From assembly GCA_951406725.2 (NCBI GenBank), contig OX597815.1, positions 37,386,001 to 37,450,000 on the forward strand: a stretch of 64,000 nucleotides of DNA. Reading direction: 5' to 3'. This DNA comes from Octopus vulgaris. Taxonomy: Eukaryota. Under the pieces are notes generated by a model that worked only from the letters and a program-made list of their open reading frames with translations, was not told the origin of the DNA and made no database searches. The translations under genes and the position numbers were made by a program. Positions 41,780 to 54,977 of this stretch are shown in pieces (position 1 is the first letter of the stretch; each line of letters begins with the position of its first letter).

Positions 41780-42115
41780 GTGGGGAATGAAGACGATGGT
41801 GATGGGGGAGGAAAGCGGAAGGAGGGGTAGGAAATTATGATTAGGAAGATAAATATGAGGATCAGGAGAGGGAGATGAAGATGAAGTGGATGAAGTTGAA
41901 GATAAGAAAAATGAGAGAGGTGGAGAAGTCAATATGAGTATGCTGATACGAATAATAACAATGTAGATGATGAAGAGAATGCTAAAGATGAGAATAAGGT
42001 GTGAGATGGAGAGCTGAGGGTGAAGATAAAGAAGATGAGGATGATGAAGAGATGAAAGAAGCTATTGATGCGGATGATTGAATAAGGAGAGAGATGAAGG
42101 GAAGGAAGGAGACAA
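41780..42115. repeat. Purine-rich low-complexity tract (degenerate GAT/GAA/GAG)
   Basis: Direct reading; stop codons interrupt the reading frames. Confidence 0.85.
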
Positions 42116-42811
42116 AAAGTTCATGATTTCACATGGATGTTTCATATTCAATTTAAAATAGCTCCAGTATATTTTAATTCAATGATTTCGTTTCGATATG
42201 GCAAATTATAAGTATGTCAATTTGAAATCGTTTCATTGCCATTATGTTACTAAGGTTACTAATGCCGCTAATAACACGGAAGAAACTATTTTCTAGTGAA
42301 TATAGAAAGCAGAAACATAGCAAGCAAATTTGTTTGAAAATATACTGAGAAAGATTTTAAAAACTCTAATAGGTTTAACGCGTAAGTATATTAACATATT
42401 ACAGTAAAAGGGAACTTATGTCTAACAGCTTACGATATAACTGCTATCATGTTGAGGCGTTAAGAAAGAAATAAGTGGATGTCTTTTCTCCCACAAGTCT
42501 TCCTCTTGTATTGCCTTTCATGCTGGATTTTAGATAACGACAAAAATAACAACAAAAAACAAAAGAAAAAAACGATGTTCAAAAAGAGGTAAAATCATAT
42601 TTGGCGTTTATTACTATTTTATTTCATCACTAGAGGAAAACAGAAAATTAATTCAGCTGTTGGTAATATAATATCAACGAATAAGTAAAAACTATCAGCG
42701 AGAAGTTTTCTGGCAAGATTTCATTGCGAAAAGATAGAAACGTTGTCGACAAGTTCAACTAGCTAATGTCGTATATAATGTTATATATATATATATTTAT
42801 GCATACACACA

Positions 42812-42882
<71 letters not shown>

Positions 42883-44514
42883 ACGTATATATAATAAAAT
42901 ATGCTTCTAAAACATATGTTCATACATACACACATACGTGTGTGTGTGTGTGTGCGTGTGTGTGTGTGTATGTGTGTGTGTGTGTTTATGTTTAAAACGT
43001 TGATCGGAGAAATGGAAACTCTCCGTTTATATGAAGCATTGAAATAAGTGCGGAGCAAATATTGATTTCTTTTGTCAATGATGCCACCTTTAACTGAAGC
43101 ATCGCCAATTACTAGTCTTATTTTATCGACAATGTACGTATGAAAGCAATGCTAACACCGATGGGATTTGAATTCAAAACATACAAGATAAGATAAAATA
43201 CTACAACGTATTTTGTTTGGTGTTCTACTATTTATACCAAGCAGCCGCTCTTTGATTTCTTAGTGGGAGACTTACACATTTATCGGAGACTAGAGACTAT
43301 TAGAAAAGTGAATGAAAAGATACAGTTTTGCGACGGAGTCGAAACTAAATCACAGTATAAAACTATTAGAGTTTAACATTCAATGCTTAAAGGGAATGAA
43401 GGAGATTCTATGTGGCCATCTCTTGCTAGAAGTCGTATACTAAGTCTTTCGAATCCCACCCTATTGTTTTGAAAGATGAAGAACTAAGTCGTGAAAGTAT
43501 TGCTAAATTCTCAAAATAATGGGGCTGCATTGGTTGAAATCCCTTTGATGACGAATCTGTTCTTGCGCGGTTGATCTGTCGTTTAACGACGGAGACTGGG
43601 TTTAAACGTTCATTCTCTAGTATTCAGCACATAGAATTTCCTTGCCCCTAAACTCAACAATACACACAATCTGGTTTCATCTTTTTATTGTCATTAATCG
43701 TCGTAACATTGTGTTCCACGGGGCGAGATCTCTCGGTCAATGCCCAACGGCTGACTTGAATTTAAAACATGTACGGTTAGAATGATTCATCGCTTACAAA
43801 GCATTTCATGAAGTGTACATAGGCAAACCATGCCACTCAGTTATGACTACACTATTCCAACAAGTTTAAAGTAGCGATTTTCTTTTCGTTGATATATCTT
43901 TCACTGTGCTCATATCAATCCATTCCTCACAGTTTACATATTCGTAAGCATTCATGGTGATGCGGACTCAGGCATTTCGAATCATTTCGCTTCCTTTCTC
44001 TCTTCATATGCTTATGCATGTGATATGTTTTATATACGTACATGATTGATAAAGGCACAGACACAGCCAAAATGTGTTATGCAACTGTGCCATTCAGTAA
44101 CACATTGTGTAAGTGACTTCTATCTTAAACTCGGGTTGACCAATGCCTTGTGAATGGGCTTTGGGTGATGGAAAGTACACGAAAGCTGAAATCGGATGTT
44201 TTTGAAAGTCTTTAAACTGAGCAAGGTTTTACGTAATGGTCGCATTTCCTTGTATATATTATGCAAACTTGAAACGCACATATTAACGTATTTCCAAATA
44301 TCACTGTATAGTTTAATTTTATTATTACAACTAATACGACTCGATTACAAAACGATATCATTTATACGAATACCATAACAATAATTTGGAGCGGTTTGTT
44401 ATATTTGACTCGAGCTGAGTGCAGTACATCACTTCTTAGCGTAATACAAAACATACAAAACACACACAAACACACATATTTAGGAAGACTTTCTACCTTT
44501 GATAAACATAAATA

Positions 44515-44642
44515 TCCGCTTTGCATTATTTACATTTGACGGATATTTGTCCTGATCTTGTTTGTTGTTAATACAACGTTTCACCAGGTGTCTTGGGGAA
44601 ATTTCGAACCTGGGCTCTCATTCCTAAGGTATTTTTCGATGC

Positions 44643-44679
<37 letters not shown>

Positions 44680-45440
44680 ATTATTGATATTCTGATCACC
44701 GCCCTGCGCTCTTATGTCTGTGGGCAATTATGGAGTTAATTTTTACGGCTTATAAATCTAATATTTTCCTATCCTTCCTTAATACCGGTTCCCATGTTAC
44801 TCGTATCGGCACTCGGTTCTAGCATATATGCTGCTCCCTTTAGGTTTCTTATTTTCCAGTTGTGTTCTCTGTCTATTATTTTAACTTCATCCCACAGGAT
44901 GGGGTCTCCGTTATTCCATACTTGATCAGCTATACCCGATTTATCAATATCTCCTCCTGTCACAGCTTTGCGATGTTCGTCTACCCTTATTTTGAGGGGG
45001 CCGGCATGTTTCGCCTTTGTATTACCTACCACAGCCGCATGGGTTGGCGTGCATGCAGTTTTTGATCACATTCTCTTCTACTGGTGGTTTTACTCGAAGA
45101 AGATATTTGCGAAGTGTTGTATTACTCTTGAAATCTATCTCGATGGCATATGGGCCGCATATCTTTTGTATCTTTTGGGAGAGGCCTTTTTACCTAGGGT
45201 AAACAGACTGTGGCCAGTTTATAGAGTTCATCCCCTCTTTTCTTTATAATTGAAATGGATAGTATGTTTTTGGGGTAGTTGTTGCTTATAGATTGTTACT
45301 TAGCTTGATCATTTCTTCCTGGTGTGTATCAGGATCGCTACATATATCCTTTGGTCGATGTTTTAGGCACTGAGCAATCCCTCTCTTAACGGATTGTAGG
45401 AATTGAACAATCTCTCTTTATGTATGGTGGGAACTGAAGT
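44515..45440 (-). mobile_element. Penelope-like element 3' portion (RT C-terminus, GIY-YIG remnant, pLTR)
   Basis: PLKIRVDEHRKAVTGGDIDKSGIADQVW...WDEVKIIDREHNWKIR; upstream LPYV-like ctgtttaccctaggtaaaaggcctctcc; pLTR with (TAA)n and a residual GAAACGTT. Confidence 0.85.
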
Positions 45441-45462
45441 TATATGTACATACATACATACA

Positions 45463-45513
<51 letters not shown>

Positions 45514-45581
45514 ATATATATATACATATATATATATGTATGTATATATATATGTGTGTGTATAAAATTAATATAATTATA

Positions 45582-45629
<48 letters not shown>

Positions 45630-48320
45630 TCACAATCATGCACACATACATGTAGGCACACACACATACATACATACCCACACATGCACACCCTTACACT
45701 GAATGCACACACACATACACCTTTTTGCATCCAGGCAGCCCCCCCCTCTTTTCTGCTTTCCGGTTTTGGCTGTTGGGTCCTCGGTTCCCGCGTAGCGGGT
45801 CGTTCGAGGGCCTTTGCGCTCGCGCGCCTTGGCGCGCGCTGGGGGCTTGGTCGGCCCCATGGGCTTGCGTTGTATTGCTTGTGTGTTGTGTGCGTGAGCG
45901 CGCTTCGTGTGTGTGGGCTTGCTTCGGGTGTGCGCGTGCGTATGTATACATACATACGCACATACTCGCATGCATCCCTACCCACATACATACACGCACA
46001 CCTACTCACACACACACATACACACACACACACACATACCCGCACACACACACTCACACACACACATACACACACACACACACATACACACCCACAGACA
46101 TACACCCATACGCTCACACTCACACGCATACACACACACATACACACGCACACGTACACATACACACACACACCTACATACATACTTTACACTTGTACAC
46201 ACACACACTTACATTCATACACACACACACCTACACAGCCATACCCTCACTCAGACACACACACCTACCTACACACACACACAAACACACACAGACACAC
46301 TCAGACATACATACATCTACACACACACTCAGACACACACACATACACACACACATACATAAACACACACACATACACATACACACACATACGCATACAC
46401 ACATATACTTATACACATGCACACACACACACACATACATACATACACCCATACACATACACACACACATACCTACATACTCCTATACGCACATACATAC
46501 ACACAGACATACACACATACACACTCACACAAACATACACACACACATATTTACACACACACTCGCCTGCACGCGCACACACATGCATGACAAACACCCA
46601 TACACTCACACTCACATACGCACACACCAACATAAACACGCACACGCACACACACACCTACACTCCCACACACATACATACGCACCTACATACACACACG
46701 CACGCATACACACGCACACACACGCATACACACATACATTACACACGTACACACACACCTACATACATATGCATACACACACACACACAAACATGCACGG
46801 ACACACCCAGACATACATACATACACCTATACACACACGCCCACACACCTACATACACACACATACATACACACACATACACGGACACACCCATACATAC
46901 TTACATACATACACCTATACACACACGCCTACACACCTACATACACACACATGCATACACACACACATGTACGCACATACACACACATATACGCACATAC
47001 ATATATACCCACACACATGCACACACACACACATACGCACATGCATGCATGCATTCACACGCGCACACCTACACGCATACATGCATACATGCATACACAC
47101 ACGCACGTACACATACATACATACACACACACATACATACACCCATACACATACATGCATCCTACACACACATACATACACACTCACACATACATACACA
47201 CACACACACACTCACTCACACACCTGTATGTACGCGTACACACATGCACATACACACACTTCCACACACCCACACGTACATACATACACACTCATACACA
47301 TACACACACACACACACACGGACATACATCTATGCACACACATATATACACTCATACTTACATACATTCATCGGACACACTGACACCCAGACATACACAC
47401 AGACACACTCACACATCCACACACATACATACTTACACACACACTCGCAGGCGCGCGCACACACGCGCTTGCGCCGGTTCGCGCACGCATACGCGCATGC
47501 ATGCACCTCGCTCTTGGACCCGACGGGAACTCCCGCTCGTTTCTGGGGCCGTCGCCTGTCGTTGGGTTCTCCCACGCCCGTCTCCGCGGAACCACTCTTC
47601 CATCTTCCCCTCACTTGGAGTCCTTTTTCCTTATAACCCCCCCTTTTTTTGCTACACACACGCGCACACATACATACACCCACTCACACACACACATTGC
47701 TTAAATATATACATTACTCTTACACACACTTCAAATCTACTCGCCATTAATACAACCATGACACTGGACACACACACACTACTACTCAACACGCTGGCAC
47801 GTTACATACGGCCCCACCCCTTCCCCTCCCTCCCTTCCTCCTTCCTTCATTTTCTTACTACTGACCACTGTCTGCTGCCTACTACTGTTCGCCCTACCTC
47901 ACACGCCTACACACAGACGCACACACTAACATATACATATATTTTTTGTTTTTTTATCTCGCCTCACACACACATACACACACGCACACGCACACACTCA
48001 CACATACACACACATCTGTTGCGTTACCAACCCTGTCTCCACTCTTTTGGCTTTAAAAACCTACTTTGCTCTTGTTATCGTAAACTTCCGCCTTTCACCA
48101 TGTGTACTTCGTAAACACCAGTCGTTTTTTTTCTCCATCTCTTGTTGCCCACTTTGGGATCTTTCTTTCCTCTCTCTTCCTTCTTTATGTTTCCGACGAA
48201 GAGCTCCGCTCGAAACGTCATACCTTCATGCTTCCATCTTTCCAGAGCGCCTATTAATAATAATACTGTAATTGTTCCACGTGTTGTTGTTTTTTCTGTT
48301 TTCCCGTTTGGATTAAAATT
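45630..48320 (+). mobile_element. Composite insert: cryptic (CA/TA) microsatellite body with a Penelope-like pLTR end
   Basis: Flanked by a 37-bp direct repeat (45553-45589, 48342-48378); ends in a pLTR-like segment with a hammerhead motif at 48189-48223. Confidence 0.6.
48189..48223 (+). ncRNA. Minimal hammerhead ribozyme motif
   Basis: gttt-CCGACGA-a-gagc/tcc/gctc-GAAAC-GTC-atac; stem III reduced to the palindrome ACGT; stem I imperfect. Confidence 0.65.
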
Positions 48321-48370
48321 ATATATATGTATGTATATATATGTGTGTGTATAAAATTAATATAATTATA

Positions 48371-48985
<615 letters not shown>

Positions 48986-49003
48986 TATATATGCACATAT
49001 ATA

Positions 49004-49099
49004 TTTAGTACTGCTTCTTCAGAGCTTTCACCCACCCGTGAAAGCAGTAATTAACGTAAGTAGCCGACATCTAGAAAGCTCTGAAGAAGCAGTACTAAA
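49004..49099. repeat. 26-bp perfect inverted repeat around a tiny Penelope-like coding remnant
   Basis: tttagtactgcttcttcagagctttc / gaaagctctgaagaagcagtactaaa; plus strand encodes VINVSSRHLESSEEAVL. Confidence 0.8.
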
Positions 49100-49116
49100 C
49101 AATATAACATACATAC

Positions 49117-49245
49117 ACGGGGAGCGATGGATAAATTGTCACCACTTTATATTTTTAAGTTCGCGCATACGCATTGCTTGTTTTACATTTAGTCGACTAC
49201 AGAGTTTAGTATGGTCAATTGGGCACCGTCTGTGAAAAAAAACCA
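49117..49245 (+). mobile_element. Terminal fragment of the maT-like transposon family seen at 59440-60271
   Basis: gcgatggataaattgtc...gcgcatacgcattg...gtcgactac matches the reverse complement of 60135-60271. Confidence 0.75.
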
Positions 49246-49269
49246 TTTCCCTGGCGAAATTTCCTACAC

Positions 49270-49860
49270 CACCCCTTCCTAAAACACCAGTATTTGACTG
49301 GTATTTCCTTTTATCGACCCGAAAGTGTGAGAGATAAAGTTTAGATTGGTCAGATTTGAAACCGGGACATAAAGGGCTGGAATGTTTTATTGTGTCTGAC
49401 TCCCTAACGATTCTGCCAATTCACCAATAGCTGCAATAATCCTTTCTACTATAGGCAAAAGACCTGGAATTTTGTGGGAAGGGGAACGATCGGTCACATC
49501 GACCCTAGTATTTGACTGTTAGTTAATTTATCGACCCAGAAAAGATATAAGGCGAAGTAGTCCTCGGCGGAATTCGAACTCAGAATGTAGTGACAAACGA
49601 AATACCTCTAAACATTTCGCCCGCGTGCTAACGATTCTACCAGCTCGCCAATTGTTAAAATAATGCTTTCTACTATAGGTACAAAGCCTGAAATCTAAGG
49701 GGAAGCGGGATAATCGATTACATTGACACCAGTGTTCAACAGGTACTTACCTTACCGTCCCATAATGGATGAAAGGCAAAGTCAGCCTCGGTGGAATTTG
49801 AACTCAGTACGTTAAGACGGATGAAATGCATCTAACGATTCCGTCAGGTTGCTGCCTTAT
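49270..49860 (-). mobile_element. Three tandem degenerate SINE family A-related units
   Basis: ttatcgaccc...tttgaa...ctaacgattc repeated at about 49310, 49530 and 49750. Confidence 0.8.
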
Positions 49861-50543
49861 CCAATAATAGTAATAATAACAGCATCAATAATCATTCTTT
49901 CTAATTCTCAAGCCAGAGAATTTGAAGAGAAGGGGCAAGTCCATTACACCAAAGCCAATAGTTGACTGGTAAATTTACTTTACCCGCAGTAGTATTTGAG
50001 CTAACAGCATCAAAAATAATAAATGAAATAATGCTTTCAAGGATGCAGTAGATATTTCGTCTAGCATCCTATTAGCATCGCTGTTCGTCAGTATCACATC
50101 TGTTTTAAAATGTTGTATTTAAGGGAGTAAATATGTTATGTGTAAAGTTATATGTTAGAGGTTTCGAAATTAAGAAAGTAGTTAGCTGTCATATAGATTA
50201 GAAAGAACATTGTACAAATAAATTATACAGATAAATTCCTACAAACACACGAATACGCACACTTCTATATTTTTGTTATCTTAGATATTCGACTGGAATG
50301 TGTATTAGTGAAATTACTGTTGATATGTTTATATTTTGTAACAGCCAGTCGTTTTATGTGGGCAGAGGGTGTACTAATTTGGATAAACTAATTGATGAGT
50401 TGAATTTATTTGAAATTTCGAATCTTTCAGTAGTTGTCTCTAGATTAAGGATGATTCTACTATGGCTTGCTACGACTAAATTAATGCCTTAACTTTCCCT
50501 ACAACACTGATGAGTCGGCAGAAATAAAAAAAAGTTCAACATT

Positions 50544-50700
50544 AGGCGCAGGAGTGGCTGTGTAGTAAGTAGCTTGCTTACCAACCACACCGGGTTCAGT
50601 CCCTCTGCGTAGCACCTTGGGTAAGTGTCTTCTACTATAACCTCGGGCCAACCAAAGCCTTGTGAGTGGATTTGGTAGATGGAAACTGAAAGAAGCCCGT

Positions 50701-50735
<35 letters not shown>

Positions 50736-50952
50736 GTATATGTTTGTGTGTCTGTGTTTGTCCCTCCAACATCGCTTGACAACCGATGGTGGTGTGTTTA
50801 CGTCCCCGTAACTTAGCGGTCCGGCAAAAGAGACTGATACAATAAGTATTAGGCTTCCAGAGAATAATTCCTAGGGTCGATTTGCTCGACTAAAGGCGGT
50901 GCTCCAGCATGGCCGCAGTCAGATGACTGAAACAAGTAAAAGAGTAAAGAGT
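50544..50952 (+). mobile_element. SINE family B, full length
   Basis: ggcgcaggagtggctgtgtagtaag...gggttcagtccc...aaacaagtaaaagagtaaagagt. Confidence 0.92.
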
Positions 50953-52873
50953 ATTAAACTGGCCGATATATTTATCTAAATCATATATTTATCCAAATAT
51001 ACAAAAGTTGATGTTTATATTAAATGCGTAGCGATAGAAGGTGTAAGTCTAAGAATGTATACGAAAAGAAAATGTTAGTTGTAAATAGTGGGATATTTTA
51101 TCATCAGTATTTATACAAGTAGAAAGGTTAGAGCGCTAGAGATGGGTGAAATTTATTTTCACTTTCAGCTTCTTTACCTATCTATGTGTAAGAAAAAATA
51201 TGAGCTGGGAATTAAATTCAGTTGGGTTGCAGTTCTGGTTTGAAAGGATTAAAGTCATATATTTAGAACAGTGAAGCAAGATTACAAGGAGAGGATGACA
51301 AGATGCAGTAGGTAGAGTTAAAGGAATACGCTAGAAAGTTTGTTAGAACTGAAATATTGGTATCATCCTGGTAGTTGCAACGCAATCACGTGGTTGGTAA
51401 GCTTTTGAATGTTCTTTTCTTGATATACTCTAGAAGGATTTATTGGATGGAAAATATATATTTAAGCTAACTGGATCGATATATTAGCGAAAATAAATAG
51501 CTAATAATATATTGATTTATTTTATTAGCCACGATGCGTAGTGAAATTGGATTTTGTCCGATTTAAGTTTATTTCAGAGGTAATGAGGATGAGAGCAATT
51601 GTAGATGTCACTATCATTGAACAAATATTAGGTAAGGTAAAAGTGATACAGACAGACGTTGGGGTTAGATAAATTTATTCTGCATTGCCATATTAGATTT
51701 TGAGCTTTACTTAGAATGCAGAAATTGGATAATTTTGTGGAAGGACGTAAATTCTATTTCCATCTTCTTTAAATACATAAAATATTTAATAACTTGCTTT
51801 CAAATGTGTTTTTCTTTGAATTTAACATGAAGTAAATAGCTTATAACTTTCGGTTAGAATTTTAGATAGAGACACAAATCTTATATATCTTGTTAATAGA
51901 AAACTTTTCTTAAGCGTGTATCTGAAAGAAGTCAGCTGCTGTTGAAAGTGAAATAATTCGAAACTACACATTGGACCGACAATTCGTTCAGAACTTAACG
52001 TTTATTCAAAGTGACCGATCATTCACTTTAGGGACTTGCAGATCTCGTCAAATTTTATTTGAAATACTATGTTCACACACAATATGATTACTATGTGCGA
52101 AAGCACTTTTATCTCCTTATATTACTCGAATATCTACAGAAAACACTACCAATATTTTTATTAACAAAATATCGATACGGCTCATATGTATTTAAACTAA
52201 TTCAAAACGTGTCGCTAGAAATTGGCAAAATTGGCAAGCATTGTTGGTTGTTGGCATGAATGCCCGTTATTTCAGACTATTTGTAATGCTAAATATTTTG
52301 CTGCAGTCAGGTTTCCAAAGACCTGGTATCTAATTTTAGAATAACCGTGAAAGTTGTAACGAAACGTTTTGAATCGAGGTTTGTATTATAATCAATGACT
52401 TGCAGAGGACAAGACTGAATAAGCATTTTTCTGTGAAGGAAAACAATATAGTTGTTTCTAAATTATATTGGAAATATTTAAATAGCCGTGAGCCTTTCAC
52501 TACGTGGCATGTTTTAGAAATATACGATGTCCAGTCAAGATAATCTATTTCTACACACACGCACGAACACATGCTTACACTTACATTGAATGTATGGATA
52601 GTACTATACATACATACATACATAAATATATACATACGTGCATACATACACACACACACACAAGAACAACACACACAAGAACAACACACACACACACACA
52701 CACATATATATGTAAAATTTAAATAATGAAGGTGATAAATTGAATATTAATTTAATTAACATCAATTTAAAACCAGTAGCCTCGAATATAGAAAAATCTG
52801 AAAATTCAGAAAAATTATATTACATGCGTATAAGAAGGTATGAAAATATACAAAATAAAGAATTGATCGTATA

Positions 52874-52947
<74 letters not shown>

Positions 52948-53049
52948 ATTTATTTATCTATCTGTCTGTTTGTCCGTCTGTGTATGCATGCATTTATGTA
53001 TTATGTATGCAAGTATGTATGTTCGTATGTATGTTCTTCCCTTTCCCTT

Positions 53050-53305
53050 TTTAATCTTGGGATAAATTTTGACCGGCCACATACGTGGTAGCAAGGTTGT
53101 GAAGGAAAGTATCTTGTTTTGACCATTATTCTTTAAATCTTAAGGTCTTGCAGATTATTATAGCTCCAGATTTTGTGAACATTTTTCGCATATGAATCAA
53201 AGATTTGTATTCTCCTCCCAAGATCCCAAGTTTAGCCACACTTGGCTTCAGACGGATTGGTATGTATCCTGTTGCTCCAATAATAACAGGTATAAACCCG
53301 AAAGT
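53050..53305 (-). mobile_element. 3' tip of a REL-type LINE next to (CATA)n
   Basis: Minus strand encodes FGFIPVIIGATGYIP...LGI...IICKTLRF*. Confidence 0.65.
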
Positions 53306-53344
53306 GTATTATGTATGTTCGTATGTATATATGGATGTATGTAT

Positions 53345-53597
53345 GTATGTATATTTGCAGATTTTTTTTGTTTTATGTATGTATTGTCATGCATATAGTT
53401 GCATATCTAGACATGCTCATATATATTCAAATGATAAATTTCTGGAAAGTTTCACAGATTTTACAGTTGCAGTGATGGTTTGGATCTGTGGTCTTCGAAT
53501 TAACTTTCTCTCTTCTGGTTTTGAGAAACCTAATTCCTCAAGATTGGTGCTTAGGTAGTGTGTTACATATCTCAGGGCCACAATAATTACAAGCATA
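53345..53597 (-). mobile_element. 3' tip of a related REL-type LINE with a (CATA)n tail
   Basis: VIIVALRYVTHYLSTNLEELGFSKPEERKLIRR.QIQTIT.TVK, homologous to the adjacent fragment; bounded by CATA arrays. Confidence 0.65.
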
Positions 53598-53899
53598 TAT
53601 GTATGTGTGTATGTATGTATGCATGTATGTATATATGTATGTATATATGTATGTAAAATGCATGTATTTATGTTACGTATATTCAAAAACTGAGAAAAAA
53701 ACAAAAATCATTTTAGTAAAATAGATATTATTTTATCAATAATACAATCCCTATCATTATTGATGCTCCTATCCAAAGGAAGGGTAATGTTCGAGAAATT
53801 CTGAGTTCTCCTGGAAACAAAAATCTATAACGTTTACTGTTCAATGTCTTTCATCTTGAATGTTTTTCCACGTATAAAAAAATATGGTGATTGTAAAAA

Positions 53900-54400
53900 G
53901 TGATAAACCCTGTGAGCAACAAGGATGCGGAACAAATTCCCATCATACAGATCTTATCTTTTTTTGGGGGTTGTTTTACTGAGCTAGCATATGTATCGTG
54001 ACGCTGCAGAAAATTTGATATTTCAAAGTGGGCCAGTGTCGACTTAATGCTCCATGTCATCAATGTAATTGCTGACAATACATGTCTGAAATAATGATCT
54101 TTTCTTATTTCAGTATTCCATAAGATACAACACCGTTCAAATAAGTATATCAATGGATTAATACCTGGTTTGTTCTTGAGAACTTGTTCTCCTTTACAGA
54201 AAATGACAGCTATTTCTCTGCCGACATGACCTAATTTTCTTCAACTGTAAAAATGAGGTGCAGAATCGAGAGATTACGGCGAATAACTCTGGGCTCGGTT
54301 TTTAAGCGGAAACACACGAAGAGGTCAAAATCCCCTCTTTACACTTTCTTAATTTGCGGGAGATGCTCATGGATGTTTTATCATAACATATTTAGTATAT
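53900..54400 (-). mobile_element. Highly decayed REL-domain LINE remnant
   Basis: CILWNTEIRKDHYFRH...FEIS...KKDK resembles ILWDxxIxTD..HxRPD...IEIS...KxxKY. Confidence 0.4.
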
Positions 54401-54741
54401 GCATCCAAATATATTCTACATTTATTTTTGTGTTGCTTGTGTATCATTACTAACCTTTTAAAAATCCTACTGTAATCCCTAGGAGCTATATTGCTCACGA
54501 TAATCTTTACCTTACATAGAGTTAATATTTACTGTACATTGTAAACTTTGCACTGATAGCTCTAGTCATCTCTGTTACAATCTAAACGCCACCAACTCTT
54601 CTTTAGCTGATATGTAATTTAAAGAACTTCGATACCTATTTACTTTTCAAGCACCAATATATCTATGTTTGCATATATCTGTATTTATGTATATCATGTC
54701 AGGTCACATATAGTGTTAATGGGAATATCTACCTCAGTATA

Positions 54742-54977
54742 TATTTCTTTACTATCCACAAGGGGCTAAACACAGAGGGGACAAACAAGGACAGACAAAC
54801 GGATTAAGTCGATTACATCAACCCCAGTGCTCAACTGGTACTTAATTTATCGACCCCGAAAGGATGAAAGGCAAAGTCGACCTCGGCGGAATTTGAACCC
54901 AGAACGTAACGGCAGACGAAATACGGCTACGCATTTCGCCCGGCGTGCTAACGGTTCTGCCAGCTCGCCGCCTTATC
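54742..54977 (-). mobile_element. SINE family A, full length, with a 16-bp TSD
   Basis: tatctacctcagtata at 54726-54741 and 54978-54993; body is the reverse complement of 28692-28920. Confidence 0.95.

Noticed and set aside
41780-42115. Possible acidic Asp/Glu-rich exon
   Set aside because: Frequent stops; decayed trinucleotide repeat
45444-48114. Very long His/Thr-rich ORFs (730, 552 and 387 aa)
   Set aside because: Translations of CA/TA microsatellite that lacks stop codons; open in all frames with no domain
49270-49860. Regularly spaced repeats suggesting a CRISPR-like array
   Set aside because: Tandem degenerate SINE units in eukaryotic DNA; no repeat-spacer structure or cas genes
50505-50970. 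CTGATGAGtcggcag before the SINE and ctggccga after it, a possible SINE-split hammerhead
   Set aside because: No GAAA, stem III or stem I partner can be assigned after rejoining
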